The notes: generated by a model not told the origin, from the letters alone. DNA of 64,000 nucleotides from Macrostomum lignano (GCA_002269645.1 NIVC01001379.1:1-64000); one strand, 5' to 3'; positions 1-13,768 are shown, numbered from the stretch's first letter. Program-made: numbers and translations.

Positions 1-1861
1 ATTTCTGGGGCCAAAAAATATATGATTTCAAAGCTGTGACGCATTCCACTTTCAAGTTTATCAGCTTCATAAGTGCATCAACTCAGATGACACAACAATT
101 CTATTTACTGCTTTTTAAGCTGGTCTTTGGTCTAATTGCATTTTTTGCTTTTACATATGTACAAATCCTCGTGCTTGTGCCACTACCATTTATACAGAAT
201 TTGATTTGGTACAAACATCATTTTTTGATAATTGGCAAAGTAGCGGTTTTTAACAAAGGTGGGATGCAATTTTCCGCTCTATACATTTATTGAAAGGTGT
301 AAGATGTTATCTATTTCACATAGATCACGAATGAACAGAATTATTGAGTACCGTTAATGGTACATTACGCATGTATTACACTATAGCCATGGCTGCGATT
401 TTGTGCTTGATCTGTATATTAAACTTTTATGAATTGGGTCGGGTTTTGCGTATGCTGATACGCTGATTTTTCGTCTTGGCGTCGAAGACATACATAGGAA
501 GATTTCTTTATTTAAATTCTTAGACGATTGCTTCGATCGTCATCCCGTGGTGGCAACGATCTTATCTACAGAAAATGTACCAATTCGGTAAGATCTTATC
601 GGGATGAAAGCGTGTCATCTATCGGTTAGAGATGTCAACAATTACATAAGAAGCTCAGATTTCGTATGTTTGAAGCGAACTTTATGCCAGCTTACAGATT
701 GATCATGATATCGAACGGCATTAGCAAACTTAGATTTTATAAGTATGTAGCTACAAAAAAATAAATAACCCATCTAAATTTTTATTTTCCACGCTATAAA
801 AAATGAGTAATAAAATGATGCTCTAATCTTTATTCAGGTTATTTTGTTAAGTTTGTAACTTAGCTTTCCTTGCGACGGCGCGGTACTTTAAATATCAACT
901 TACTAGATATTTTTTTTTAGATTTGGAGTTTGGTATCAAGTTCTAACATTTTACATTGAATCATTGGAATACTATACTACTTAAATATTTTAGCTTTAAG
1001 ACGCCAATTCAATTCTAAATAAGCAATTTTGGCTGCATTTTCACAAATATGTTGTCTTGTCAAATCAAATCAGTCTTACATTACATTACTTATGCCAGTT
1101 ATGGTTATATTATATCCAAGTACAACTGTACCACCAACACTAAATATCCTCACTTTAAAAAAACAGGCAGAGATGACGATGATTATTTTTAAAATATAAT
1201 AAACCAGATCATGATCGCCATATCATTACTTGTTAGCATAGGCTATCAGCTTAAAAGCAATCCTAATTGAAATATTTCAAAACTAAATTCCATTGGCATC
1301 AGTTATGTTTTCGCCATTTAGGTGCTTACTAGATAGATACCGACAAACCATTTTAGTATGGTGGATTTATTAACAATATTTTTTAATGAAAAGTCTTTAG
1401 TTAGATAATAATATAATTTGCATTTTTATGAATTTAGCATTTAGCTTGTTTTTTTAATTAATACACTTAACATAGTTAATAATAAAAAAAATGATATGGG
1501 CAAAATTATTTATATTTGCTTATTAGTAAACACTGCAATGTCTAGGCCTACTCATATGTTCATATAGCTGAATGAGCTACTTGTCATTGATATATGATTA
1601 GTATATGATAATTTTCTTGATTGACTGCTATAGCATTTCTTGCTAGCTTCTCTAGCTTACCTAGCTTAAATATAAATAAATGAAAATAAACAACAAATAT
1701 ATAAAACAAAAATATAAAAACAATAATCTTCATTTATGAAATATTTATTTACTGGATAAATATTTATGTTTAGCCTATCTTAATCATCAATTGTAATATG
1801 ACGAATTTTATAAAATTACTTTTAATGCTAATAAATTCACTTTCAACATTACAATTTTCAG

Positions 1862-3524
1862 GCAATTCGACTTACCATTGTCATCTTGCTCATTATTTTC
1901 CAATGTGGCATTCATGCATTTATTTATTCATCCTACTGTGAGTAAACTGACTGAGTTATATTGCAAAATTTTCTTTAAAAATAGTAAATAACCTCATATA
2001 GGAATTTATATCTAATGACAACCATTTTCTAATTCAGCCATTACCTTGCTGCCTGGCAAGTATCTGCGTGTGGGTGCCAATCTGACAGTTCAATGTGTTA
2101 CTATCAGTGCACCTGCAGTGACCGAAGCTGCACTGAGAGATCAGCTGAGAGTGCGATGGTCCTCTAAAAATAGATTGATTTATTATAACTGCAGGTAAGC
2201 ACATTGCTGTCAGGAGCATCCTGCAATCTATTTAAAGTTATGTAATTGAGCTTGATGGAGTGTTGAACTCATGCAACTTTGGTGCTCGACTTTGATGGCC
2301 TGACATTCTCACCTATTTAGAGACCCCAGCACCTAGTCAGTGACCCTGACACCTATTTAGTGACCCTGACACCTATTTAGTGACCCTGACACCTATTTAG
2401 TGACCCTGACACCTAGTTAGTGACCCTGACACCTATTTAGTGACCCTGACACCTATCTAGTGACCCTGACACCTATTTAGTGACCCTGACACCTATTTAG
2501 TGACCCTGACACCTATTTAGTGACCCTGACACCTATTTAGTGACCCTGACACCTATTTAGTGACCCTGACACCTATTTAGTGACCCTGACACCTAGTTAG
2601 TGACCCTGACACCTATTTAGTGACCCTGACACCTATCTAGTGACCCTGACACCTATTTAGTGACCCTGACACCTATTTAGTGACCCTGACACCTATTTAG
2701 TGACCCTGACACCTATTTAGTGACCCTGACACCTATCTAGTGACACTGACACCTATTTAGTGACCCTGACACCTATTTAGTGACCCTGACACAGTGAATA
2801 AAGTGCCCAAACATCTATTTAAGCCCCATAAACTTGCCTGTGAAATGACACCTATTTAGACACCTTTGCAATCTATTTCACATTCATTATGACACATTAA
2901 TTGCTCCATACGTTGTTGCTAAGTGATGCAAATACATTGTAAGAGAAAATTAGTATGAGCAATCCTCAGTTTTAAAACAATGCCTATTACTTCTTAACCA
3001 CACATATCTATAATTACCTGCTCTGTGAAGAGCTATCTCCGTGCTCTTTTATCATTGCGTAACCTTCTTGCACCTTGCAGGGCCGTCAACGAGACGGCTT
3101 TCGAATGGACTTTGACCAGCGTGGCCATAAACGATTCGGGCATTTTCCAGTGCGTGAACATCAGCCATGACAGTCACACGGAGTCCGCACACGCTGAGCT
3201 CTTCGTGGGCGGTGAGGATCTGTGCTGCAGCTTGGGATAATTTCTAACAAATGCATTCGATAAATTGATGGGGAACCTGGAGGCTGACCGCGAGGCCACA
3301 CTAACTTGAGGCTCGTGCACGAAAATTGACCTGGGCCTGCGCAATTCGCACTCACAATGTTTACAGTGCAGTGTCACGTGTCTGATGGGACCCTGCGTGT
3401 GCGCATCTGTGTGGGTGCTCGGGGATCAGCGGATATAGACAGACAGGCAGACAGACAGACAGACAGACAGACAGGCAGACACACAGACAGACAGGCAGAC
3501 AGGCAGGCAGACAGACAGACAGGC

Positions 3525-3561
<37 letters not shown>

Positions 3562-3580
3562 GGCAGACAGACAGACAGGC

Positions 3581-3621
<41 letters not shown>

Positions 3622-3732
3622 GGCAGACAGACAGGCAGACAGACAGTCAGGCAGACAGACAGACAGGCGGACAGACAGACAGACAGACAGACAGACACAC
3701 AGGCAGACAGACAGACAGACAGACAGCCAGGC

Positions 3733-3777
<45 letters not shown>

Positions 3778-3796
3778 GGCAGAAAGACAGACAGGC

Positions 3797-3833
<37 letters not shown>

Positions 3834-3837
3834 GGCG

Positions 3838-3873
<36 letters not shown>

Positions 3874-3943
3874 GGCGGACAGACAGACAGACAGACAGAC
3901 AGACACAGACAGGCAGACAGACAGACAGACAGACAGACCAGGC

Positions 3944-3976
<33 letters not shown>

Positions 3977-3979
3977 GGC

Positions 3980-4036
<57 letters not shown>

Positions 4037-4039
4037 GGC

Positions 4040-4072
<33 letters not shown>

Positions 4073-4183
4073 GGCAGACAGACACTAAGACAGACAGACA
4101 GGCAGACATGCAGACACGCAGACAGACAGACAGACAGACAGGCAGACAGACAGACAGACAGACAGACATGCAGACAAACAGAC

Positions 4184-4216
<33 letters not shown>

Positions 4217-4291
4217 GGCAGACAGACACTAAGACAGACAGACAGGCAGACATGCAGACACGCAGACAGACAGACAGACAGACAGCCAGGC

Positions 4292-4326
<35 letters not shown>

Positions 4327-4343
4327 TAGACACTAAGACACTA

Positions 4344-4424
<81 letters not shown>

Positions 4425-4450
4425 GCAGACAGACAGACAGACAGACAGGC

Positions 4451-4499
<49 letters not shown>

Positions 4500-7400
4500 G
4501 GCAGACAGACACTAAGACAGACAGACAGGCAGACAGGCAGACACGCAGACAGACAGACAGACAGGCAGACACGCAGACAGACAGGCAGACACGCAGACAG
4601 ACAGACAGACAGGCAGACACGCAGACAGACAGCAGACACGCAGACAGACAGACAGACAGGCAGACACGCAGAGAGACAGACGCGCAGCCACTCCCGCCAC
4701 TCCAGAGCCACCGAAGCTGACAGGCCTGGACTGCGAGTGGCCAAACCGGGAATCTGAGAATTTCCGCTGCCTTTCAAGGCCGAATCTGAGGTCCGTTTGG
4801 GAGGCTACGAATATCGTGAAGACAGCGGGCAAGGTCCACCTGGTGCTGGAGTTCGCTGACAAGTGAGACCCTTTCATGCAGTCAGAGTTGAACCAATGCA
4901 GAAGAGGACGGATCATTATAATAATTTAATTTGTTTTCCTTCTGACTCGGACAGCTCGACCGGTTTCGAGTACCGCCGGTGCCTGAGGAATGGCGCACCT
5001 GCAGCGCTTTCGGTGCCCTCGGCGCCGGGTTGCCAATGCAACTCCGAGGGCCGCTGCCGCTGGCTCCGGGTGGCCGAGGCCGGCGGCCCGCTGCGGCTGC
5101 GAGCCGCGGCTGCAACCGGCTGGGCTGGTGCGGCGGCTGGGTCTCAGTGGAGGGCGACCGGCGGCAGTTTGGTGAGGAGTTGGTGGAAGAGGTTGGGAGA
5201 AGAGGGCGGAACTGACTTGAGGGAGGGGGCGGAACTGATTTGAGGGAGAGGGCGGAACTGATTGAGGGAGAGGGCGGAACTGATTGAGGGAGAGGGCGGA
5301 ACTGATTGAGGGAGAGGGCGGAACTGATTGAGGGAGAGGGCGGAACTGATTTAGGGAGAGAGCGGAACTGATTGAGGAGAGGGCGGAACTGATTTAGGGA
5401 GAGAGCGGAACTGATTGAGGGAGAGGGCGGAACTGATTTAGGGAGAGGGCGGAACTGATTGAGGGAGAGGGCGGAACTGATTTGAGAGAGAGGGTCCGCA
5501 CTGATTGAGGGAGGGGGCGGAACTGATTTGAGGGAGAGTTCGGAACTGATTTGAGGGAGAGAGCGGAACTGATTTAGGGAGAGGGCGGAACTGATTTAGG
5601 GAGAGAGCCGAACTGATTGAGGGAGAGGGCGGAACTGAATAAGGGAGAGGGCGGAACTGAATAAGGGAGAGGGCGGAACTGATTTAGGGAGAGGGCGGAA
5701 CTGATTTGATTGAGAGGGCGGAACTGATTTGAGGGAGAGGGCGGAACTGATTTAAGGAGAGGGCGGAACTGATTGAGGGAGAGGGCGGAACTGATTGAGG
5801 GAGGGGGCGGAACTGATTTAGGGAAAGGGCGGAACTGATTGAGGGAGAGGGCGGAACTGATTGAGGGAGAGGGCGGAACTGAATTGAGGGAGAGGGCGGA
5901 ACTGAGAGGGCCAGGGCGGAACTGAATTGAGGGAGAGGGCGGAACTGAGAGGGCGAGGGCGGAACTGAATTGAGGGAGAGGGCGAACTGAGAGGGCCGAG
6001 GGCGGAACTGAATTGAGGGAGAGGGCGGAACTGAGAGGGCCGAGGGCGGAACCGACAGAGGGAGAGAACGGAAACCGTTCGAGGAGGTTGGGAGAGTTTA
6101 ACAACCCCTTCTCACGCAGCTTCTCCTCATCTCCCCCTCCCTCCTCTCCAGAGCGGCCCGGCCTAGTCCGCAGTCTTCGCCTATTCGCCTTAAACGGCTC
6201 AGTGGTCGCCAAATTCTCGCCGCCAACCCAGCCGGACCCGGCCAGCAAGCGAGACTACGAGTGCCGCCTGCGACTCCGGCCGTGGCTGGACGGCGCCCGC
6301 ATCGGCCCAGTCGCGTCCGAGACAGTGGAAAACTCCACAGTTCGCCTGTCGGCTCGGCGCGTGGCCGCGAGACTTACACGGCCGAGGTGAGCTGCCGGCC
6401 CAAGTACTTCAGACTGCCCGGCAACAGCGGCTGGTCGGAGCCAGCTGAGGCGAAGATTTCCACGCCAGTGTGGCCGCCCTGCCCGCCCCGGCTGGCCCTG
6501 CTGTTGGAGCGGCGCAATTTTGTCTGGCTGTCGGCGCCGCCTGCGGAATGCAGGCATGGCCCCATTGTGAGCTATCGGCTGCGGCTGGGCGGGGCGGAGC
6601 CGGCAGAAACTCAAGCGCGGCCGCTTTGGTGGCTGAACTGCCGCTGCATCCTGCGGAGCCCGGCGGCGGCTGGATTCGATTGGACCAGGCCGACATCCGG
6701 GGTCTGTGGGGCCGAGGTGCCTTTTTAGTAGGGTGGCTCAGACTCCCTGGTCCATTGCACCCTGTCGCCCTTTTCTTACTGTCGCCCTTTTCTTACTGTC
6801 GCCCTTTTCTTACTGTCGCCCTTTTTTTACTGTCGCCCTTTTCCCACTGTCGCCCTTTTCCCACTGTCGCCCTTTTCCCACTGTCGCCCTTTTCCCACTG
6901 TCGCCCTCTTCCCACTGTCCCCCTTTTTGCCACTGTCGCCCTTTTCTTACTGTCGCCCTTTTCTTACTGTCGCCCTTTTCTTACTGTCGCCTTTTCCACT
7001 GTCGCCCTTTTCCCACTGTCGCCCTTTTCTTACTGTCGCCCTTTTCCCACTATCGCCCTTTTCCCACTGTCGCCCTTTTCACTGTGTCGCCCTTCTCACT
7101 CTGTCGCCCTTCTCACTGTGTCGCCCTTTTCTTACTGTCGCCCTTTTCACTCTGTCGCCCTTCTCACTGTGTCGCTCTTATCACTGTGTCGCCCTTATCA
7201 CTCTGTCGCCCTTCTCACTGTGTCGCCCTTCTCACTGTGTCGCCCTTTTCACTCTGTCGCCCTTTTCCCACTGTCGCCCTTTTCACTCTGTCGCCCTTTT
7301 CACTCTGTCGCCCTTTTCCCACTGTCGCCTTTTCACTCTGTCGCCCTTTTCACTCTGTCGCCCTTTCCCACTGTCGCCCTTTTCTTACTGTCGCCCTTTT

Positions 7401-10400
7401 CCCACTGTCGCCCTTTTCCCACTGTCCCCCTTTTTGCCACTGTCGCCCTTTTCTTACTGTCGCCCTTTTCCCACTGTCGCCCTTTTCCCACTATCGCCCT
7501 TTTCCCACTGCCGCCCTTTTCCCACTGTCGCCCTTTTCCCACTGTCGCCCTTTTCCCACTGTCGCCCTCTTCCCACTGTCCCCCTTTTTGCCACTGTCGC
7601 CCTTTTCTTACTGTCGCCTTTTTCACTCTGTCGCCCTTTTCACTGTGTCGCCCTTCTCACTCTGTCGCCCTTCTCACTGTGTCGCCCTTTTCTTACTGTC
7701 GCCCTTCTCACTGTGTCGCCCTTTTCTTACTGTCGCCCTTTTCACTCTGTCGCCTTTGTCGCCCTTTTCCCACTGCCTTTGCACTCTGTCGCCCTTTTCA
7801 CTGTGTCGCCCTTCTCACTCTGTCGCCCTTCTCACTGTGTCGCCCTTTTCTTACTGTCGCCCTTTTCACTCTGTCGCCCTTCTCACTGTGTCGCTCTTAT
7901 CACTGTGTCGCCCTTATCACTCTGTCGCCCTTCTCACTGTGTCGCCCTTCTCACTGTGTCGCCCTTTTCACTCTGTCGCCCTTTTCCCACTGTCGCCCTT
8001 TTCACTCTGTCGCCCTTTTCACTCTGTCGCCCTTTTCCCACTGTCGCCTTTTCACTCTGTCGCCCTTTTCACTCTGTCGCCCTTTCCCACTGTCGCCCTT
8101 TTCTTACTGTCGCCCTTTTCCCACTGTCGCCCTTTTCCCACTGTCCCCTTTTTGCCACTGTCGCCCTTTTCTTACTGTCGCCCTTTTCCCACTGTCGCCC
8201 TTTTCCACTATCGCCCTTTTCCCACTGCCGCCCTTTTCCACTGTCGCCCTTTTCACTGTGTCGCCCTTCTCACTCTGTCGCCCTTCTCACTGTGTCGCCC
8301 TTTTCTTACTGTCGCCCTTTTCACTCTGTCGCCTTTTTCACTCTGTCGCCCTTTTCACTGTGTCGCCCTTCTCACTCTGTCGCCCTTCTCACTGTGTCGC
8401 CCTTTTCTTACTGTCGCCCTTCTCACTGTGTCGCCCTTTTCTTACTGTCGCCCTTTTCACTCTGTCGCCTTTGTCGCCCTTTTCCCACTGCCTTTGCACT
8501 CTGTCGCCCTTCTCACTCTGTCGCCCTTCTTACTGTGTCGCCCTTTTCTTACTGTCGCCCTTTTCACTCTGTCGCCCTTCTCACTGTGTCGCCCTTATCA
8601 CTGTGTCGCCCTTATCACTGTGTCGCCCTTATCACTGTGTCGCCCTTTTCACTCTGTCGCCCTTTTCCCACTGTCGCCCTTTTCACTCTGTCGCCCTTTT
8701 TACTCTGTCGCCCTTTTCAATCTGTCGCCCTTTTCACTCTGTCGCCCTCTTCACTCTGTCGCCCTTTTCACTCTGTCGCCCTTTTCACTCTGTCGCCCTT
8801 CTCACTCTGTCGCCCTTCTTACTGTGTCGCCCTTTTCTTACTGTCGCCCTTTTCACTCTGTCGCCCTTCTCACTGTGTCGCTCTTATCACTGTGTCGCCC
8901 TTATCACTGTGTCGCCCTTCTCACTGTGTCGCCCTTCTCACTGTGTCGCCCTTTTCTTACTGTCGCCCTTTTCACTCTGTCGCCCTTCTCACTGTGTCGC
9001 CCTTATCACTGTGTCGCCCTTATCACTGTGTCGCCCTTATCACTGTGTCGCCCTTTTCACTCTGTCGCCCTTTTCCCACTGTCGCCCTTTTCACTCTGTC
9101 GCCCTTTTTACTCTGTCGCCCTTTTCAATCTGTCGCCCTTTTCACTCTGTCGCCCTCTTCACTCTGTCGCCCTTTTCACTCTGTCGCCCTTTTCACTGTG
9201 TCGCCCTTCTCACTCTGTCGCCCTTCTCACTGTGTCGCCCTTTTCTTACTGTCGCCCTTCTCACTGTGTCGCCCTTTTCTTACTGTCGCCCTTTTCACTC
9301 TGTCGCCTTTGTCGCCCTTTTCCCACTGCCTTTGCACTCTGTCGCCCTTTTCACTGTGTCGCCCTTCTCACTCTGTCGCCCTTCTCACTGTGTCGCCCTT
9401 TTCTTACTGTCGCCCTTTTCACTCTGTCGCCCTTCTCACTGTGTCGCTCTTATCACTGTGTCGCCCTTATCACTCTGTCGCCCTTCTCACTGTGTCGCCC
9501 TTCTCACTGTGTCGCCCTTTTCACTCTGTCGCCCTTTTCCCACTGTCGCCCTTTTCACTCTGTCGCCCTTTTCACTCTGTCGCCCTTTTCCCACTGTCGC
9601 CTTTTCACTCTGTCGCCCTTTTCACTCTGTCGCCCTTTCCCACTGTCGCCCTTTTCTTACTGTCGCCCTTTTCCCACTGTCGCCCTTTTCCCACTGTCCC
9701 CCTTTTTGCCACTGTCGCCCTTTTCTTACTGTCGCCCTTTTCCCACTGTCGCCCTTTTCCCACTATCGCCCTTTTCCCACTGCCGCCCTTTTCCCACTGT
9801 CGCCCTTTTCACTGTGTCGCCCTTCTCACTCTGTCGCCCTTCTCACTGTGTCGCCCTTTTCTTACTGTCGCCCTTTTCACTCTGTCGCCTTTTTCACTCT
9901 GTCGCCCTTTTCACTGTGTCGCCCTTCTCACTCTGTCGCCCTTCTCACTGTGTCGCCCTTTTCTTACTGTCGCCCTTCTCACTGTGTCGCCCTTTTCTTA
10001 CTGTCGCCCTTTTCACTCTGTCGCCTTTGTCGCCCTTTTCCCACTGCCTTTGCACTCTGTCGCCCTTCTCACTCTGTCGCCCTTCTTACTGTGTCGCCCT
10101 TTTCTTACTGTCGCCCTTTTCACTCTGTCGCCCTTCTCACTGTGTCGCCCTTATCACTGTGTCGCCCTTATCACTGTGTCGCCCTTATCACTGTGTCGCC
10201 CTTTTCACTCTGTCGCCCTTTTCCCACTGTCGCCCTTTTCACTCTGTCGCCCTTTTTACTCTGTCGCCCTTTTCAATCTGTCGCCCTTTTCACTCTGTCG
10301 CCCTCTTCACTCTGTCGCCCTTTTCACTCTGTCGCCCTTTTCACTCTGTCGCCCTTCTCACTCTGTCGCCCTTCTTACTGTGTCGCCCTTTTCTTACTGT

Positions 10401-13400
10401 CGCCCTTTTCACTCTGTCGCCCTTCTCACTGTGTCGCTCTTATCACTGTGTCGCCCTTATCACTGTGTCGCCCTTCTCACTGTGTCGCCCTTCTCACTGT
10501 GTCGCCCTTTTCACTCCGTCGCCCTTTTCACTCTGTCGCCCTTTTTACTCTGTCGCCCTTTTCACTCTGTCGCCCTTTTCACTCTGTCGCCCTTTTCCCA
10601 CTGCCGCCCTTTTCCCACTGTCGCCCTTTTCCCACTGTCGCCTTTTTCCCACTGTCCCCCTTTTTGCCACTGTCGCCCTTTTCTTACTGTCGCCCTTTTC
10701 TTACTGTCGCCCTTTTCTTACTGTCGCCCTTTTCCCACTGTCGCCCTTTTCCCACTATCGCCCTTTTCCCACTGCCGCCCTTTTCCCACTGTCGCCCTTT
10801 TCACTGTGTCGCCCTTTTCTTACTGTCGCCCTTTTCACTCTGTCGCCTTTTTCACTCTGTCGCCCTTTTCACTCTGTCGCCCTTTTGCACTGTCGCCCTT
10901 AAACCTTAAACCCAACAGTAAAAATAAAACTTGTAACCCTCGACTGTTTCTCGGCAATCGGCGTATATTGTGTTGTTGCTTGCAAGTTTTCCTCGCGTGC
11001 TCATACATGTACTTTATACGCAATATTTATTATTATTTAATTTAACGATTTGCACTCTGTCCGTCAACTCAGGCCAGTCCACAAACTTGATGGCTTCGGC
11101 GACAACTTCAGCTGGCGAAGGTCGGACAATGCCGGTTCTGCTGGCCGAGTGGCTGTCCGAGTGTCCGGACGGCTGGGCGGCCGGTCAGTTGGAGCTGCAG
11201 ATGCTGTGGCTGCGGAACACGGAGAACGACAGTGTCCGGGACGCCACCGCGGCTCTGGCTCGGTGGCGACTACCTGCAGCCGTCACGGTGGAACCGCCAT
11301 TGGCGATCGCCACCTGCGAGCCTGCGGCTAAGTGAGCTCCAGCTATGATCCTCAGTCTGAGTCTGTATCCTCTCAGATCCTCAGTCTGAGTCTGTATCCT
11401 CTTAGATCCTCAGTCTGAGTCTGTATCCTCTTAGATCCTCAGTCTGAGTCTGTATCATCTTAGATCCTCAGTTTGAGTCTGTATCCTCCCAGATCCTCAG
11501 TCTGAGTCTGTATCCTCTCAGATCCTCATTTTTAGTCTGTATCCTCCCAGATCCCCAGTCTAAGTCTGTATCCTCCCAGATCCTCAGTCTGAGTCTGTAT
11601 CCTCCCAGATCCTCAGTCTGAGTCTGTATCCTCCCAGATCCTCAGTCTGAGTCTGTATCCTCTCAGATCCTCAGTTTGAGTCTGTATCCTCCCAGATCCC
11701 CAGTCTGAGTCTGTATCCTCTCAGATCCTCATTTTTAGTCTGTATCCTCCCAGATCCCCAGTCTAAGTCTGTATCCTCCCAGATCCTCAGTCTGAGTCTG
11801 TATCCTCCCAGATCCTCAGTCTGAGTCTGTATCCTCCCAGATCCTCAGTCTGAGTCTGTATCCTCTCAGATCCTCAGTTTGAGTCTGTATCCTCCCAGAT
11901 CCCCAGTCTGAGTCTGTATCCTCTCAGATCCTCATTTTTAGTCTGTATCCTCCCAGATCCCCAGTCTAAGTCTGTATCCTCCCAGATCCTCAGTCTGAGT
12001 CTGTATCCTCCCAGATCCTCAGTCTGAGTCTGTATCCTCTCAGATCCTCAGTCTGAGTCTGTATCCTCCCAGATCCTCAGTCTGAGTCTGTATCCTCTCA
12101 GATCCTCAGTCTGAGTCTGTATCCTCCCAGATCCTCAGTCTGAGTCTGTATCCTCTCAGATCCTCAGTCTGAGTCTGTATCCTCCCAGATCCTCAGTCTG
12201 AGTCTGTATCCTCTCAGATCCTCAGTTTGAGTCTGTATCCTCCCAGATCCCCAGTCTAAGTCTGTATCCTCCCAGATCCTCAGTCTGAGTCTGTATCCTC
12301 CCAGATCCCCAGTCTAAGTCTGTATCCTCCCAGATCCTCAGTCTGAGTCTGTATCCTCCCAGATCCTCAGTCTGAGTCTGTATCCTCCCAGATCCTCAGT
12401 CTGAGTCTGTATCCTCCCATATCCTCAGTCTGAGTCTGTATCCTCCCAGATCCTCAGTCTGAGTGCCACTCCAATCCGCAGCGCCACTTCAGCAGCCGAG
12501 CCAGCGCCACCCCTGTCCACCTGCCGTCTCCTGTCGCTTTCGCCCCCGTCGACAAACGAGTCTTGGACGCAACTGAGCTGGCGCCAAACAACAGGCGCTA
12601 TTCTGGCGCCAGCCGGTTCCGATGGCGCCGGCAGCCGGTGCGTGTGCCGCCAGCGGGCCGAGCCACTTCCTGACGACGCGCTGTCCGGCCGGCTGGTGCT
12701 GCCGAAGGTCCAGCTGCTCCGGCTGAACGACAATGACGGCGACGGCGGTAGCGGCCTGGTTGTTGAATTCGACGCAGCGCCGAGGCAGTGCGGGCTGCGC
12801 GGCCTGTTCGCTGTCGGCTTCGAGGTCGCCGACGCCGCTGGGCCGCTGGCCAACTGCAGCCGGCAGCGGCAGCCGCCGACCTCCGCCAGGTTCCGCTGTC
12901 CGCTGCCGGCGTCCCTGTCGCATCGGCCGCCACTTCAGCTGCTTGCCCGCCTGTAGTAAGTGATAAAGCGTAATTTAGCGTTGAAATGCTACTATTTCTA
13001 CTATAAGTAGTGAACTGAAGGGGTGAAAAATTTATCCAACAAATTATTTGAAAGCCAGTGACAAAGTTGGCCAATAAATGGTTATATTTAGTGTTATAAA
13101 GGGCTGAGGGGGGGTCGCCCGCCACACACACCCTCAATTCTTCATAACTTCAGTTCAAAGAGAATTAGTTAAGAGTCTTGAAACATTATACTGTTACATT
13201 TCTACCTGTTCCTCACTGTTTGCCAGCGGCAACGAGTACCGCGTGCTGCAGCTGAACACTACCATAGTGCAGCCGACATCCAATCGGATTGCTGCAGCTG
13301 TCATCGTTGCCGCGGTTGTCGCCGTGCTGGCCGCTGTCGCAGCTGTGGCGCTGCGGTGCTACCATCGCCAGCGCAGGCAGCGCTGGGTGCCCCGCGCGGC

Positions 13401-13716
13401 TTCAGATAGATATCCCAGCCTGATGGGGCTGGACCAGCAGCTGCAGCACCTACGGCCGAACGGCGAGGAAGAAGCGGCTACGGCTACGACGCCTCTTAGC
13501 GCCGGCACCGACAGTCGGCATGTCGACGGGACCGGCAACGGCGACGCTTGTCAGTTTGGTGAGTGGCGTCTGAACTATTTGGATTCTATTTGCGCTTGTG
13601 CTACTGTTAGTAGCTTAACTGAGCATGCAATGCGATGGGCGCCGATTTCAGAGATCAACGAGGACTACAACTATGCACAGGGCAGCAACGGCTACTCGCC
13701 ACGGTCTGAGTGCTAA
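1862..13716 (+). CDS. Single-pass type I receptor, class I cytokine receptor (gp130/LIFR/Domeless)-like: signal peptide, Ig, CBM-like Cys-rich FnIII + WS-motif FnIII, further FnIII, TM, short Tyr-containing tail (~825 aa; start-codon exon not identified)
   Basis: GT-AG exons with matching phases: 1862-1937 ([19 protein letters not shown], signal-like), 2038-2194 ([11 protein letters not shown]...VRW, Ig), 3081-3211 (NDSGIFQC, Ig), 4688-4862 ([23 protein letters not shown]), 4955-5171 ([11 protein letters not shown]...GCNRLG), 6152-6716 (YTAEVSCRP...NSGWSEP; [19 protein letters not shown]), 11073-11331 (ATTSAGEG), 12458-12955, 13227-13558 ([24 protein letters not shown] then [10 protein letters not shown]), 13652-13716 ([18 protein letters not shown]). 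Needs three +1-nt corrections (~5104, ~6356, ~6617). Family call is by motif recognition, not a search. Confidence 0.7.
2311..2792. repeat. 20-bp minisatellite (TGACCCTGACACCTATTTAG)n, ~23 copies, intronic
   Basis: Direct reading. Confidence 0.95.
3437..4680. repeat. (GACA)n microsatellite with GGCA variants, intronic
   Basis: Direct reading; source of the DRQT/LSVC pseudo-ORFs. Confidence 0.97.
5202..6052. repeat. ~22-bp purine-rich minisatellite (GAGGGAGAGGGCGGAACTGATT)n, intronic
   Basis: Direct reading. Confidence 0.95.
6760..10900. repeat. Pyrimidine-rich minisatellite with core CTGTCGCCCTT(T/C)(T)C, ~4.1 kb, with higher-order duplication
   Basis: Direct reading; stop-free on the plus strand, giving three 1400-aa pseudo-ORFs. 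Confidence 0.97.
11347..12464. repeat. 29-bp minisatellite (GATCCTCAGTCTGAGTCTGTATCCTCCCA)n, ~38 copies, overlapping a 3' splice site
   Basis: Period measured as 11347 to 11376; the last unit runs into the exon at 12458. Confidence 0.95.
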
Positions 13717-13768
13717 TTGTCACTAAATATGATTCTGATATGATCAATTTGTGTTCTATTTAAACTGG

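Noticed and set aside
1-1860. Start-codon exon and promoter of the receptor gene
   Set aside because: Several ATG|GT candidates, none distinguishable without transcript data.
3357-4777. DRQT/LSVC-repeat ORFs
   Set aside because: (GACA)n microsatellite.
6470-11045. Three overlapping ORFs of 1372-1479 aa
   Set aside because: They are translations of a stop-free pyrimidine minisatellite in all three frames, lying in an intron; only the first ~80 codons of one overlap a real exon.
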